From: Eledone cirrhosa
Lineage: Eukaryota
NCBI GenBank assembly: GCA_964016885.1
Contig: OZ024743.1
Coordinates: forward strand, 345,960,001-346,024,000
Direction of reading: 5' to 3'
Length of the DNA: 64,000 nt
Both the position numbers and the translations under genes were made by a program. Positions 27,875 through 41,946 of the stretch are shown piece after piece. Every line of letters starts with the position of its first letter. The first letter of the stretch is position 1. The notes under the pieces are model-generated. The model did not search any database. It was not told the origin of the DNA and saw only the letters and a program-made list of their open reading frames with translations.

Positions 27875-28236
27875 GTGTGTAGAGGTATATATAATTTGTT
27901 GGGATTCAACAAGCTTAAACATTTTTATAGCTGATATAAAACACTCAACAGAGTAGTGGAGTAAATACACAATATAATAATAAATGGAAACTATATTTAT
28001 AAAACCATATTTATTATATCAAGGGCAACCAAGGCAAATTATGGTGCGCTTTCATCACATAAAATACAGATTTGTTTTATAAATAAATATTGACATACCC
28101 GGAAAAAAGACAACCTTAACAGTTGGAGCTTCCTAACAATTGTTCTCGGTATGGTGAACTAACTGTTGTGTAACCAATTCTATATACATATATATACATA
28201 TATATATACATATATACATATAGTGTTGTTATTTCT

Positions 28237-28298
28237 GTGAATGAAAGTAAGAGGGAGAATATATATATATATATATTCTCCCTCTTACTTTCATTCAC
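28237..28298. repeat. Perfect palindrome centred on (TA)n
   Basis: GTGAATGAAAGTAAGAGGGAGAA-(TA)n-TTCTCCCTCTTACTTTCATTCAC. Confidence 0.95.
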
Positions 28299-28783
28299 CC
28301 ACTCTGCTAGTCACTCTCTCTCGGCTAGCCTCTTCCTCAGACTTTCACTCACTCACTCTCTCCTACTCACCCTCTCTCTCACTTCCTCCATCGTTCCACA
28401 CCGTGCGAAATTCTTTCCTCGTTTACTTTCGCACGGTTAAGATGTGCCTTTCGTCTTCTCGTCAACATTTGCAAGTTCATATGTTCAAATGAATCATTGA
28501 CTTGATTTTCTCATCTTTTCCTCTCTTTACGTTGCCTCACACTTCGTGATTGTTTACCTGTCTCTCTTTCTCCACCCAATTCTTTGTATCCCAATAACTT
28601 ATTCTAGTTATTGTTCGCGATAGCCGGAGGTATCTGGTCTTTGATATGAAGAAATACTTATGATGGCTAGTAGACCACTGATGATGGATAGTCCTGGCTT
28701 CTATTTCTAATTCTTCATTTTAATTTGTATATCACATTTGCAATAACACAGCTCGCCAGTTTTCATTCCTATATATATGTATG

Positions 28784-28838
<55 letters not shown>

Positions 28839-28840
<2 letters not shown>

Positions 28841-29235
28841 TTTACAAAACTGATGCTTAGAGACAAATATATTATACCTATGTACTATAAATTCAGGTAG
28901 CTTAGCATGGCATTACATTAGTTCCACAGCTGGAGAGTTTAAAAAAAGGTGGTACGTACATAGACACACTATGACTAACAGGAATCTCTGAAAGACAACG
29001 ACTCTCGCCAATAAAATCTGGCAACTTAAAGATGCAAACATGGAATATAAAATCAGCTGGACAAAGCTATCATAGGCAAAGGCCTATCAAATTGCTATGT
29101 CCCGCTGCGGTCTCTGTAATATGGAACTTTTTCAAATTTTAAATTACAAGATTCTTCTTAACAGTAAAATTGAAAAAAAAACATTTTTTGTCGACATAAA
29201 TCGACAATTAAATTTGAGAACTTTAGACCAGCTTA
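28839..29235 (+). pseudogene. Naiad-type PLE GIY-YIG endonuclease fragment (left arm)
   Basis: PLQN*CLETNILYLCTI...YISSTAGEFKKRWYVHRH...LANKIWQLKD...ISW...CGLCNME...CRHK. Confidence 0.85.
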
Positions 29236-29536
29236 ATCCAATCTTATCTATTCCGTAAACCAGATTGCACCACTTGGATCTATTACGATATTACATTATC
29301 AACATTATCACCATTATAATTATAATTATAATTATCATCATCTACCAAAGAACAACATCAAAACCTCTTGTATTTACATTCTTATTTTATATATATATTT
29401 TTTCACTCTTTTTCTTAATATCCCTCTCCCTAAATTTATCTCATCTCTGTCATTCTATTTTATAATATAATATAACTTAAAACTAATTAATTAATTTATG
29501 TATTAAATAACCAATACACACATAAATATGTGTAAC

Positions 29537-29593
<57 letters not shown>

Positions 29594-29594
<1 letters not shown>

Positions 29595-29680
29595 CAGATT
29601 AATGTTTAAGCAAAGAATCGCTTTTCAGAAGATCCCGTTAAGAGTGGAAGCAGCGATTCTTTGCTTAAACTTTAATCTGT
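29594..29680. repeat. Hairpin in pLTR-like sequence (mirrored at about 34751-34838; same family as the palindrome centre)
   Basis: ACAGATTAATGTTTAAGCAAAGAATCGCT...AGCGATTCTTTGCTTAAACTTTAATCTGT. Confidence 0.85.
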
Positions 29681-29785
29681 ATTTTAATAGATATATAGAT
29701 ATTTGCTGAACGGTTCTTATATATTTGATATATGTTTATCCTTATCGAGCCATCTTTGGATTGTAGTCTTCAAATCTATTATTAT

Positions 29786-29824
<39 letters not shown>

Positions 29825-30496
29825 ATAATTGTACAAGAACCCCTCGATTTCAGTTGGAAAAGAAATTACTTTGACGTTTATGGACCCCTTAGTTGCTCAC
29901 AATCGAATATTATTCCGGATTAGGGTTACGGTTAGGTTTAGGTTTAGGGTTACGTTAAGGTTTTGTATATATTATCGTTAACACTAGAATGCGCCTTTTT
30001 GTCGTTAACCCGTCAGCTGTTCGATTTTCCTTCTCTGTCTCCCCCTCTCTATCTCACTCTCCTTCCCTCTCTATATATATATCTCTCTCTTTCAATCTAC
30101 TCTCTCACAACCATCATTTTTTTCTCTTTCTCTTTCTCTTTCTCTACTTATCAATGTACCCGGAAAAAACCGGTAACTCGTCAGAGGGTTCTTCTCGCTC
30201 GGAGAATATATATATATATGACAAGTAAGTATGTCTTGAAACAGCGAGCGAGTCCGAAAATAAAAACAGAAGCCAAAATTGTAGACTGATAGTGGGGTTT
30301 CGAACCCTCAAAGACATGGGAAAAAGATGAGTATTGACATACATATATATATATATCCAGAGTCGGGCCAGATCGAACCTTGATCTGCTCAATAGCGAAG
30401 CGCACCTCACTACTCAATAAACGTAATGACGACATAACTAATCGTCCTTATTGCCATTTAATATATATATATATGTAAATATTTATACACACACAC

Positions 30497-30575
<79 letters not shown>

Positions 30576-30749
30576 GAGACAGAGATGTATTCGACCTCCC
30601 GTGACGCGTTGGGCCACGTTCCCTTAAGAATAATTTTTAAAAAAATCATGTTCACTTAAAAATAATTTTCAAATAATTAAAATGTACACAGACATGTATA
30701 TAATGTAAAATGAAATTTGAAGGCCCATATATATATATGTGTGTGTGTT

Positions 30750-30782
<33 letters not shown>

Positions 30783-33568
30783 GTGGGTGTCTATGACTTA
30801 TATACACTGGTTACAGACACACACATATTTTTATATATTGGAAAATGTGTGAAGTCCTTGGTATAGTTCTGTATACTTTAAAAAAAGGAAAAGAATGACT
30901 TCAATGGTAGTTCTAAATAATTTTATTTAATTTCATAATATTATAGTTTCACAATTTGCTTTGGTAGATCAAGTAACTTCGGTGGGGAGATTTTATTTAA
31001 GTTTCTTGGTTAACTTTCCTGGAGAACTTTCAGGTTCTGTTGTGATGTGCGATTCTATATATAAGAGATTTGGGTGTGTCTGGGTTGGGGGTTTAATGAG
31101 TGTGGGAGTCAAGGAATATTGATGAAGATTTAGACGAATTATATATAAACAGCAAGTTTTACATATAATTTTTAAAACTTTCATTTTGTACCACATTAAA
31201 CAATAATGTTTCTATGTCCATCAACGATTCTATCTTATCATGGTCTTATCTTTTCACTGGTCAGTGTTAATTGTATGTTTTCTTATTTATCCTCATATAT
31301 GTAATCTGCAGTAAGGATAGTAGGAATTATGTTGTTACAGATAAAATCGTTAACAGCTTACTTTCAATAATCACTAGCAGGTTCTTTTTTATTAGTAAAA
31401 TGCCATATCTCTCTGTGAGTTTTTTGGTATTCATTTAAATATTTCTAAATCTTCTCTGCCAAATCTACTATTTTTGTAGTGAAATTCTACATGGGTTTTA
31501 TTTCAACTAATGAATTATGTTAACGTTTTTCTTGCTTGGTCCGTACTTCATTATGTTGCAATCGCACTCTGTTGTCAATATAATATAGAAATTGATACAC
31601 AAGCAAGACAAGAAAATACTTAACACAAACTCTAACAAGCACTACACGCTTTTATAAGAACAATGATATTAAGATAATATAGAAACGTGATAAGATTAAT
31701 AAATAATGTATTGCCAACAAATATGAATATTCTCCAAATTAAAAAATATAATACTCCCATAATGAAAGCCAATGACATATGAGCAATTGGAACGTCGTCA
31801 GCAACTTCAACCAAGTAATTCAAGTGCAACACAGACATAGCAGTTTTTTGTGTACAACACAGACAGCAGTTTTTTGTATAACAGAATCGATATCATTAAA
31901 TGTGTGTTACGATATTTGTATGTATATCATACATTGGTGTACTTGTAATTTACTTTAACTAAACAGGCAGGTATACGGTTCCAAATGTGCTACTATACAT
32001 TTCGTTCCGTGTTATCTAAGTTATTTATGTTGATGAAGATGCATTATATACATACATATATATTTAGTAATAATAATAAATGTGAAGACTAAAATCCAAA
32101 GAGGGCTCGATAAGTTTAAGCAAAGAATCGCTACTTTCACCCTTAACAGGATCTTCTGAAACTTTGCTTAAACTTTAATCTTTTATTTTAATAAATATTT
32201 GCTCTAGGGTTCGTATATATTAGATATATATTTATCCTTATCGAGCCCTCTTTGGATTTTAGTCTTCACATTTATTATTATTACTAAATATATATGTATG
32301 TATATAATGCATCTTCATCAACATAAATAACTTAGATAACACGGAACGAAATGTATAGTAGCACATTTGGAACCGTATACCTGCCTGTTTAGTTAAAGTA
32401 AATTACAAGTACACCAATGTATGATATACATACAAATATCGTAACACACATTTAATGATATCGATTCTGTTATACAAAAAACTGCTGTCTGTGTTGTACA
32501 CAAAAAACTGCTATGTCTGTGTTGCACTTGAATTACTTGGTTGAAGTTGCTGACGACGTTCCAATTGCTCATATGTCATTGGCTTTCATTATGGGAGTAT
32601 TATATTTTTTAATTTGGAGAATATTCATATTTGTTGGCAATACATTATTTATTAATCTTATCACGTTTCTATATTATCTTAATATCATTGTTCTTATAAA
32701 AGCGTGTAGTGCTTGTTAGAGTTTGTGTTAAGTATTTTCTTGTCTTGCTTGTGTATCAATTTCTATATTATATTGACAACAGAGTGCGATTGCAACATAA
32801 TGAAGTACGGACCAAGCAAGAAAAACGTTAACATAATTCATTAGTTGAAATAAAACCCATGTAGAATTTCATTACAAAAATAGTAGATTTGGCAGAGAAG
32901 ATTTAGAAATATTTAAATGAATACCAAAAAACTCACAGAGAGATATGGCATTTTACTAATAAAAATGAACCTGCTAGTGATTATTGAAAGTAAGCTGTTA
33001 ACGATTTTATCTGTAACAACATAATTCCTACTATCCTTACTGCAGATTACATATATGAGGATAAATAAGAAAACATACAATTAACACTGACCAGTGAAAA
33101 GATAAGACCATGATAAGATAGAATCGTTGATGGACATAGAAACATTATTGTTTAATGTGGTACAAAATAAAAGTTTTAAAAATTATATGTAAAACTTGCT
33201 GTTTATATATAATTCGTCTAAATCTTCATCAATATTCCTTGACTCCCACACTCATTAAACCCCCAACCCAGACACACCCAAATCTCTTATATATAGAATC
33301 GCACATCACAACAGAACCTGAAAGTTCTCCAGGAAAGTTAACCAAGAAACTTAAATAAAATCTCCCCACCGAAGTTACTTGATCTACCAAAGCAAATTGT
33401 GAAACTATAATATTATGAAATTAAATAAAATTATTTAGAACTACCATTGAAGTCATTCTTTTCCTTTTTTTAAAGTATACAGAACTATACCAAGGACTTC
33501 ACACATTTTCCAATATATAAAAATATGTGTGTGTCTGTAACCAGTGTATATAAGTCATAGACACCCAC

Positions 33569-33618
<50 letters not shown>

Positions 33619-33810
33619 ACACACACATATATATATATGGGCCTTCAAATTTCATTTTACATTATATACATGTCTGTGTACATTTTAATTATTTGAAAAT
33701 TATTTTTAAGTGAACATGATTTTTTTAAAAATTATTCTTAAGGGAACGTGGCCCAACGCGTCACGGGTGGTCGAATACATCTCTGTCTCTCTCTCTCTCT
33801 CTCTCTCTCG

Positions 33811-33868
<58 letters not shown>

Positions 33869-33943
33869 GTGTGTGTGTATAAATATTTACATATATATAT
33901 ATTAAATGACAATAAGGACGATTAGTTATGTCGTCATTACGTT

Positions 33944-34070
33944 TATTGAGTAGTGAGGTGCGCTTCGCTATTGAGCAGATCAAGGTTCGATCTGGCCCGA
34001 CTCTGGATATATATATATGTATGTCAATACTCATCTTTTTCCCATGTCTTTGAGGGTTCGAAACCCCACT
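33944..34070 (+). mobile_element. tRNA-like SINE head remnants (mirrored at about 30290-30420)
   Basis: B-box-like GGTTCGATC and GGTTCGAAACCC motifs. No complete cloverleaf. Confidence 0.4.
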
Positions 34071-34560
34071 ATCAGTCTACAATTTTGGCTTCTGTTTTTA
34101 TTTTCGGACTCGCTCGCTGTTTCAAGACATACTTACTTGTCATATATATATATATTCTCCGAGCGAGAAGAACCCTCTGACGAGTTACCGGTTTTTTCCG
34201 GGTACATTGATAAATAGAGAAAGAGAAAGAGAAAGTGAAAGAGAAAGAGAAAGAGAAAGAGAAAAAAATGATGGTTGTGAGAGAGTAGATTGAAAGAGAG
34301 AGATATATATAGAGAGAGGGAAGGAGAGAGAGATAGAGAGGGGGAGACAGAGAAGGAAAATCGAACAGCTGACGGGTTAACGACAAAAAGGCGCATTCCA
34401 GTGTTAACGATAATATATACAAAACCTTAACGTAACCCTAAACATAAACCTAACCGTAACCCTAATCCGGAATAATATTCGATTGTGAGCAACTAAGGGG
34501 TCCATAAACGTCAAAGTAATTTCTTTTCCAACTGAAATCGAGGGGTTCTTGTACAATTAT

Positions 34561-34642
<82 letters not shown>

Positions 34643-34839
34643 GTAATAATAATAGATTTGAAGACTACAATCCAAAGATGGCTCGATAAGGATAAACATA
34701 TATCAAATATATAAGAACCGTTCAGCAAATATCTATATATCTATTAAAATACAGATTAAAGTTTAAGCAAAGAATCGCTGCTTCCACTCTTAACGGGATC
34801 TTCTGAAAAGCGATTCTTTGCTTAAACATTAATCTGTTA

Positions 34840-34900
<61 letters not shown>

Positions 34901-35202
34901 GTTACATATATTTATGTGTGTATTGGTTATTTAATACATACATTAATTAATTAGTTTTAAGTTATATTATATTATAAAATAGAATGACAGAGATGAGATA
35001 AATTTAGGGAGAGGGATATTAAGAAAAGGAGTGAAAAAATATATATATAAAATAAGAATGTAAATACAAGAGGTTTTGATGTTGTTCTTTGATAGATGAT
35101 GATAATTATAATTATAATTATAATGGTGATAATGTTGATAATGTGATATCATAATAGATCCAAGTGGTGCATTCTGGTTTACGGAATAGATAAGATTGGA
35201 TT

Positions 35203-35596
35203 AAGCTGGTCTAAAGTTCTCAAATTTAATTGTCGATTTATGTCGACAAAAAATGTTTTTTTTTCAATTTTACTGTTAAGAAGAATCTTGTAATTTAAAA
35301 TTTGAAAAAGTTCCATATTACAGAGACCGCAGCGGGACATAGCAATTTGATAGGCCTTTGCTTATGATAGCTTTGTCCAGCTGATTTTATATTCCATGTT
35401 TGCATCTTTAAGTTGCCAGATTTTATTGGCGAGAGTCGTTGTCTTTCAGAGATTCCTGTTAGTCATAGTGTGTCTATGTACGTACCACCTTTTTTTAAAC
35501 TCTCCAGCTGTGGAACTAATGTAATGCCATGCTAAGCTACCTGAATTTATAGTACATAGGTATAATATATTTGTCTCTAAGCATCAGTTTTGTAAA

Positions 35597-35599
<3 letters not shown>
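35203..35599 (-). pseudogene. Naiad-type PLE GIY-YIG fragment (right arm of the palindrome)
   Basis: Reverse complement of 28839-29235. Confidence 0.85.
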
Positions 35600-35693
<94 letters not shown>

Positions 35694-36432
35694 CATATAT
35701 ATAGGAATGAAAATTGGCGAGCTGTGTTATTGCAAATGTGATATACAAATTAAAATGAAGAATTAGAAATAGAAGCCAGGACTATCCATCATCAGTGGTC
35801 TACTAGCCATCATAAGTATTTCTTCATATTAAAGACCAGATACCTCCGGCTATCGCGAACAATAACTAGAATAAGTTATTGGGATACAAAGAATTGGGTG
35901 GAGAAAGAGAGACAGGTAAACAATCACGAAGGGTGAGGCAACGTAAAGAGAGGAAAAGATGAGAAAATCAAGTCAATGATTCATTTGAACATATTATTTA
36001 TTTAATTCATTCATCGAGCAAAACGTGCTACGCGTAAACACCACTCACATATAAGTGTTTATACTTATGTATCTATATGTACATGTATCTTCCATAATTT
36101 GTCTTAATTCCCGTATGTTTGTGTCAAAATTAGGTTGTAATAGACTGCTTCTTTTAGCTACGCTATTACTCGCCTAGAGTCTATCCTTCACCAGTACTCT
36201 GTTGACCGTAAAACCACGTGATGATATTTTCTTTTGAAAATTGTAACTGTTGGCGGTCATTTGGGAGAAAATTAGTCCTATTCAGAGAAAGTCTCTTGAC
36301 ATGTCTACTACCTCACAGATTAAGTGCAAATATGCTGCACCTTGACTGCACAACGGTAGGCGAAACTGCAGGAATGACTATGAAGAATAATTGTGTAAAT
36401 TTTGTCTGTTTGTACTTTACATTGATAATTAT

Positions 36433-36467
<35 letters not shown>

Positions 36468-36699
36468 CATATGTGGGGCTGACGTGTGTGTATGTGTGTA
36501 TGTGTGTCGGAATTTGTTGGACATCGAAGTATTTAGCCTTTCTCTAGTTCATTTTAACATCATCCTGAGAACATGATGCAAAACATACTCCGATATTTCC
36601 ACACATGCAATTCCATTACAGGACGGTTCTTTTCTAGTATGGGAGTTGCTGACCTATTCGGAAACATCGAAGGTGCTAACCACAAGAGTGGGAAGTGCG

Positions 36700-37370
36700 C
36701 CAGACACAACCAGAATTGAGAACAGCTAAAAATCAATGAAGAATCAAGCTAAGAGTCATAAAGAGGCTACAACAAGAAACAACATGATTAACTTAGGAAA
36801 CGTTGGGAAAATGGCCAGCTTCAGGCAACTCGGTTCCACTTTGACCTAAGTTAGCATCTCACCAAGGAAGATAAACATCATGCATACGCTGGACACAATA
36901 TGAAAAAATAACTTCATCAGTTTTTTCAACGATGCTTAAACTGCAGGAGTCCTTGATGATTTTGATCCTTCTGCATGAGTTTGAGAGCTAGAATCTTACA
37001 GCCGACGGGGAACGAAAACAAGTGCAAGGGTATCCCGAACAAGACATTGCCGGCATTTCTTTCGTCAGTGACCTCTTGTGTTATCTTCATCATCAATTTT
37101 CTCCACAACACATAAATACAAAGTTAATTTAGAAAATTTGAGAAGACCTACGGGAAGAACCGGCACGGCTCTCGCTCTGTATGGTTGTCCAGTCTAAAAG
37201 CAAATTCAACATCGTGTCCAAATTGTTTCTTTAAGAAGCAGGTAGGAGTGGGCGAAGAAGTTGATGAAGTAAATCCTAGTACGACAAGTCACATCAACGT
37301 GACCCTTCTGTGCATGATGGAAGAAGGCCGTGACCAGTAGAGAAGGCTGATGAGAAAAACATCTACAGCA
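36700..37370. mobile_element. Decayed RTE-like LINE fragment with an internal inversion
   Basis: The plus strand has ASFRQLGSTLT (F.YLGS-like). The minus strand at 36920-37230 has the GIPLHLFSFPVGCKILA RT-like block (FADD position decayed). Confidence 0.4.
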
Positions 37371-37811
37371 GCACCTCATTATTTAGAATGAATGAATGAT
37401 ACATACTCCCACGCATACAACCACGCGCACGCACACATACACCAAACACACATAGATATATAGATAGATTTGGAGTTACCAGTTAGAATAGTAAGACCGT
37501 ATGCAGCTAAGTGCACAGTACTTTGGAAAGTAGAGGGAATATATTGTTAAAAGTTAGTGCCAGACAGCTGAGCTCCCGCTGTTAACCACTCACTTTTTAA
37601 AAGGCATAAGGTCCGCCATCAGACACTAAAGTTTAACGAAATGTATATTGTCAGAAATTAGGTAGCTGCCGAAGTATATGATAAATGTATATCTACATTT
37701 ATTCAGAGTGTGCAAACGTCTCTGCTTAAACATGAAAATATGTACACATATCTAATTTGGAGACATGTAAACATGCCAGAAGATACGAAATTCCCTGTCA
37801 ATTGAAAAATA

Positions 37812-37995
37812 ATTCTTTCTACTTTTGGCACAAAGCCAGCAATTACCCAGTACATTACTTGTACTTTATTTTATCGACCCCGTAAGGATGAAAGGCAAAG
37901 TTAACCTCGGTGGGATTTGAACTCAGACCGTAAAGGAACGTAACTATGCTAGAAAGCACGGCATTCAACCCTCTACCGATACTACCAATTCAACG
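37812..37995 (-). mobile_element. Meta-domain SINE
   Basis: Close match to the 41947-42128 copy. Confidence 0.85.
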
Positions 37996-39803
37996 AGAAC
38001 ACCTTTAAGCGATTTTCGGATCTTATTGGAGCCTCGTAAAAAACTTGTATATCATGCAATCAACCACAAGGGTACGTACAGTTAATGGGTGTACATACTC
38101 ATTCGTTCTTATTGTTCCGAAACGGACATAATAGCTTATACATAATTAGTGCTCGTGTTGGTAATTGATTAAGATATATTACCAGCAAATACATATTTTC
38201 TTGTGGTTGATGGAATAAATTACACATCTTCTATAGATAGATAGATAGATAGATTTATACACGGTGGTGAGTCTGGGTTATATACTCTGTATCTATACAG
38301 ATATAACTTTATCATATATATATATATCTGACCTCACCTCACTTACCAACATCTGTTTTCCACTACTATACAAAAGCTCAACGCCCTATCCTCCCTTCCC
38401 ACTACACCAGCCTCATATTGCACACACTAACATTCATACCATAACTCTACAGCCTTTTTTTAAATCAAAGAACCTTTATTTCCAAATATCTGGATAATAT
38501 TCTTTTGCCATTCTCCTCACACTTCCTTCCCACATCCATGAAACTTATTACACCCTCGCCTTCTTTAACCTTTTATCTTTGCCACCTTGCTCTTCTTTAC
38601 TCCTCTTTGCTTTAGTCATTAAATCGTTATATGCGGTTATCTCTCATGAAAATGGGCTCTGTGCTACGCTCGAGCGAAACGATACTGCTTTACTCCACCT
38701 TGCTGAACGTGTACTCACCTTGAATTTATATTGTTTTTACGGTGAATTTTACTTCCATCTCCTTCTCAGACGCCCTACGTCTTCGCCGCTTCTGTAACCC
38801 TGTCTAGGATTTTGAGACATACTCACATCTAATGACCATACATATTGCCTGGCTTGTCTAAGTGCACATAATTATTCACAGCGACATTTTAGAGGCTGCA
38901 ACGATGATTGTACTTTAGCTATATAAATTCGCGCTACACTTTCCTCTCACGTTACCTCCTGATACTCTCTGTTACTCTGTGCAACTCCTTCGTTTATAGA
39001 AATACAACACTTCCATATTCCTCGAACTTTCCAGATAATACGAGCATACATTTAGAAGTAAAAATTATTTAGTGTTCCCAACATGCGACCTAACACATAC
39101 AGCAATGCAATCGTCTGTGTGTAAAAGTTGAACAGACGGCTCTTATTCTATGTCAGATTAAATGTCTTGCGTTGTGTCAATGAATCTAAACCACATGTCA
39201 GAATACTCTAATTAAAACATGCTTAGAATTTATTCAAACATATGAAGACAAGTCTATATATGTTGAGAATTTCAACATAGAATTTGAGTAGAATGCCTTA
39301 TCCTTATGAGAGGCAAGTATTTAATTAACATGATATTTGTATGAATACACCAAAACCACGAGGTCACTTGGCTTCAAATCTCTCTCTCGCTCTCTTTCTC
39401 ACTCTCTCTCTCTCTCTCACTCACTCCCTCCATATATATAATTATATATATGTATATATATTTGTATGTATATATTTGTGTATATACATTCATACATACA
39501 TACATTCATACATACATACATACATACATACACACATACATTCTTACATCTCTATATATATTTTGTTGGGAAATCAACGATGGGACATCGTTTAAATTTT
39601 GTCGATCAAATCCGCCCCATTACCCTTTTTTTTAAATCTGATACTTAATTTATCGATGTCTTATTTGGTAGAAGCACACGTCCATACACACACTGTCAGA
39701 ACACAAGTATAGCGGCCAACTGACTCGATACAAATGCCCTTATTTTAAATTAATAATCTATATCAAGGTAGTGAATACACAACGACAGTTAATGATAATC
39801 ATA

Positions 39804-39900
<97 letters not shown>

Positions 39901-40692
39901 GAGAAAAAAGGTTGGATGGGTGAAATTCCTTTAAAAATATATTATAATAAATCTTTGAACGAATATCACCTGTCCAGCCTCCTGTTATTTTACTCAATAA
40001 TAATTAACTCCGTTCGCACCACCAACAAGATTCAACATAAACGAAGTTGGATGAGTTGCATAACGTTGTGTGCTTTTACCTAATCACAGTTGACTATACG
40101 GAACGACCAGTTGTATCCAGTGGCGAACCAACAAACTTAAATGAATATATATGTATTAATATTTATATATATATATATATATATTTATTAAAATATTATT
40201 ACTATATATATATATATATATATATTTAATAGTAAAGCAGTATATTATAAAGAAGCGTTACATAAAGCAGGATATAAAAATAATATTAATTATAATCGCA
40301 GTATTCGTAATAACAATAATGGAACTGACTGTAAACAACATCTTGAGGAATACATTGGGGAAAAAAAGGATTAGATCTATAATTTGGTATGCTCCGCCAG
40401 CATCCTTAGCTATTAAAACACCTTTAGCACATTTATTTTTAAAAAGCCTTGGATAAATGTTTCCCTAGATCACATAAGTATTACTCTATCTTCAATAGAA
40501 ACACAGTTAAACTTTCTTATTCAACAACTATGAATATGGCTCAAAATATAGCAAAAATAAATAGTAAAATCTTAATTTGAACCAGTATATTATTAGCGGT
40601 AATAACAATAATAATAATACATTAGTTAATTGGAATAACAATAATACTATTTTAAATACGAATAATAGTAGAACACCTCTAAATAATAATAA

Positions 40693-40830
40693 TAATTGTT
40701 TCTACGTTAGGCACAAGGCCAGCAATTACCCAGTGCATTACTGGTACTTTATTTTATCGACCCCGTAAGGATGAAAGGCAAAGTCAACCTCGGCGGGATT
40801 TGAACTCAGATCGTAAAGGGACGTAACTAA
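40693..40830 (-). mobile_element. Meta-domain SINE inserted in the (AAT)n-coded linker of the Naiad ORF
   Basis: 5'-truncated copy flanked by AAATAATAATAATAAT on both sides. Confidence 0.85.
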
Positions 40831-41946
40831 ATAATAATAATAATACGAAAAGTTTAGGTTATAGAAATAACATCGAAAAGAATTGTAACTGTAGAAGGAA
40901 ATCTGAATGCCCTTTACAAAATGATTGCCTTGACAAGAATCTAGTGAATAAATGTACCATTAAGACTAATAATAATAATACAGATGACTACATTGGTGCC
41001 ACTTCATCTAAGTTTAAGTTTCGCTTTTACAATCATAAACATTCTTTCTCTAATCCAGATAAAAAATTGTCTACATCACTCTAACAATTAATATGGTCTT
41101 TGAAGGAAAAAATATCAAATACTCAAATTCTTGGAGTAAATTAAAGAATTCTGATTCCTATCGGTATGCATCCATTTCACCAAATTGCAATATTTGTAAT
41201 TTAGAGACTCTATTGATAATTACAAATTATGCTAATTTAATTAATAAGAAAAATTTAGCAGCTGTCAACATAAGTCTGGAAGAACTTTTCAAGCATTATA
41301 CAAATTTTGAAAAAATATTGACTATTAATAATTCCTAAAAAATTATATATATAACGTTTTGCCTACCGGTAAAACTTGTTTGTCGTTTTTATCTAGTAAA
41401 TTAATTTCATGATCTGTCTCAGTATCCTATGCTTGGATTTAGAAATGTCATTGTTTAACTAGAAATTTCTTGATTTGTGGTTTGAAATATCTTTTGGTTT
41501 TCAAAATACTTAAATGTTTTAAAATTTCACATATGATGAACGAGTTATCTTCCTTTGTTTACATTCTTCGTAAATAATTTTGTTCTGTCCGAATAGCTTG
41601 GTAAAGTATATTTAACGTGATTTATACAGTTTAATAACATATGGTAATCCTTAAAGGGAAACTATATATAATAATAAGTAATTATGAAAGTAAATTAGAA
41701 ATAATAAAACTTTTGAGAATAAATATAACTGCAAATTAATCCTGTAATGAATCCTGTAATGACAATAAATGAATTGAAATGATTTTATAAAGAAAATAGA
41801 ATAATTCAGATAACAAATGATCTTAATATAATATAAAATATATATACTGATGGTGATTTAAGCATATGTTTTAATAAATATCTTTATACATATTTAATAA
41901 TTATACATATTTAATAATTATTTAAATATGCTTTAAAGATAATAAT

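Larger units (their letters stand above)
28479..35994. repeat. 7.5-kb near-perfect palindrome (arms 28479-32114 and 32237-35994, 122-bp spacer)
   Basis: Mirror ORFs are identical or near-identical (31632-31838 minus vs 32513-32719 plus; 30993-31196 minus vs 33155-33358 plus). Arms differ by scattered substitutions and microsatellite lengths. Confidence 0.97.

Noticed and set aside
28839-29000. In-frame TGA codons in Naiad fragments as selenocysteine (some Naiads encode selenoproteins)
   Set aside because: The TGAs (QN*C, NL*K, and 63495) are not at conserved Cys positions. The first two fit CGA to TGA decay. Conserved Cys codons are TGT/TGC where intact, and no SECIS was recognised.
32118-32170. 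CAGAAGA...GAAA motif at the palindrome centre as a hammerhead
   Set aside because: The core has A at the U4 position and the stems do not pair convincingly. It is retained only as pLTR-like sequence.
31632-32719. Duplicated 68-aa hydrophobic ORF as a membrane microprotein
   Set aside because: The identity is explained by the palindrome. AT-rich DNA gives hydrophobic ORFs by chance, and the start codon is non-ATG or weak.
34172-34210. CUGACGA plus stem (mirrored near 30155-30190); also CUGAUGA starts near 28678 and 44010
   Set aside because: These have only the 5' half with no GAAA or stem III, so they are at most truncated HHR remnants.
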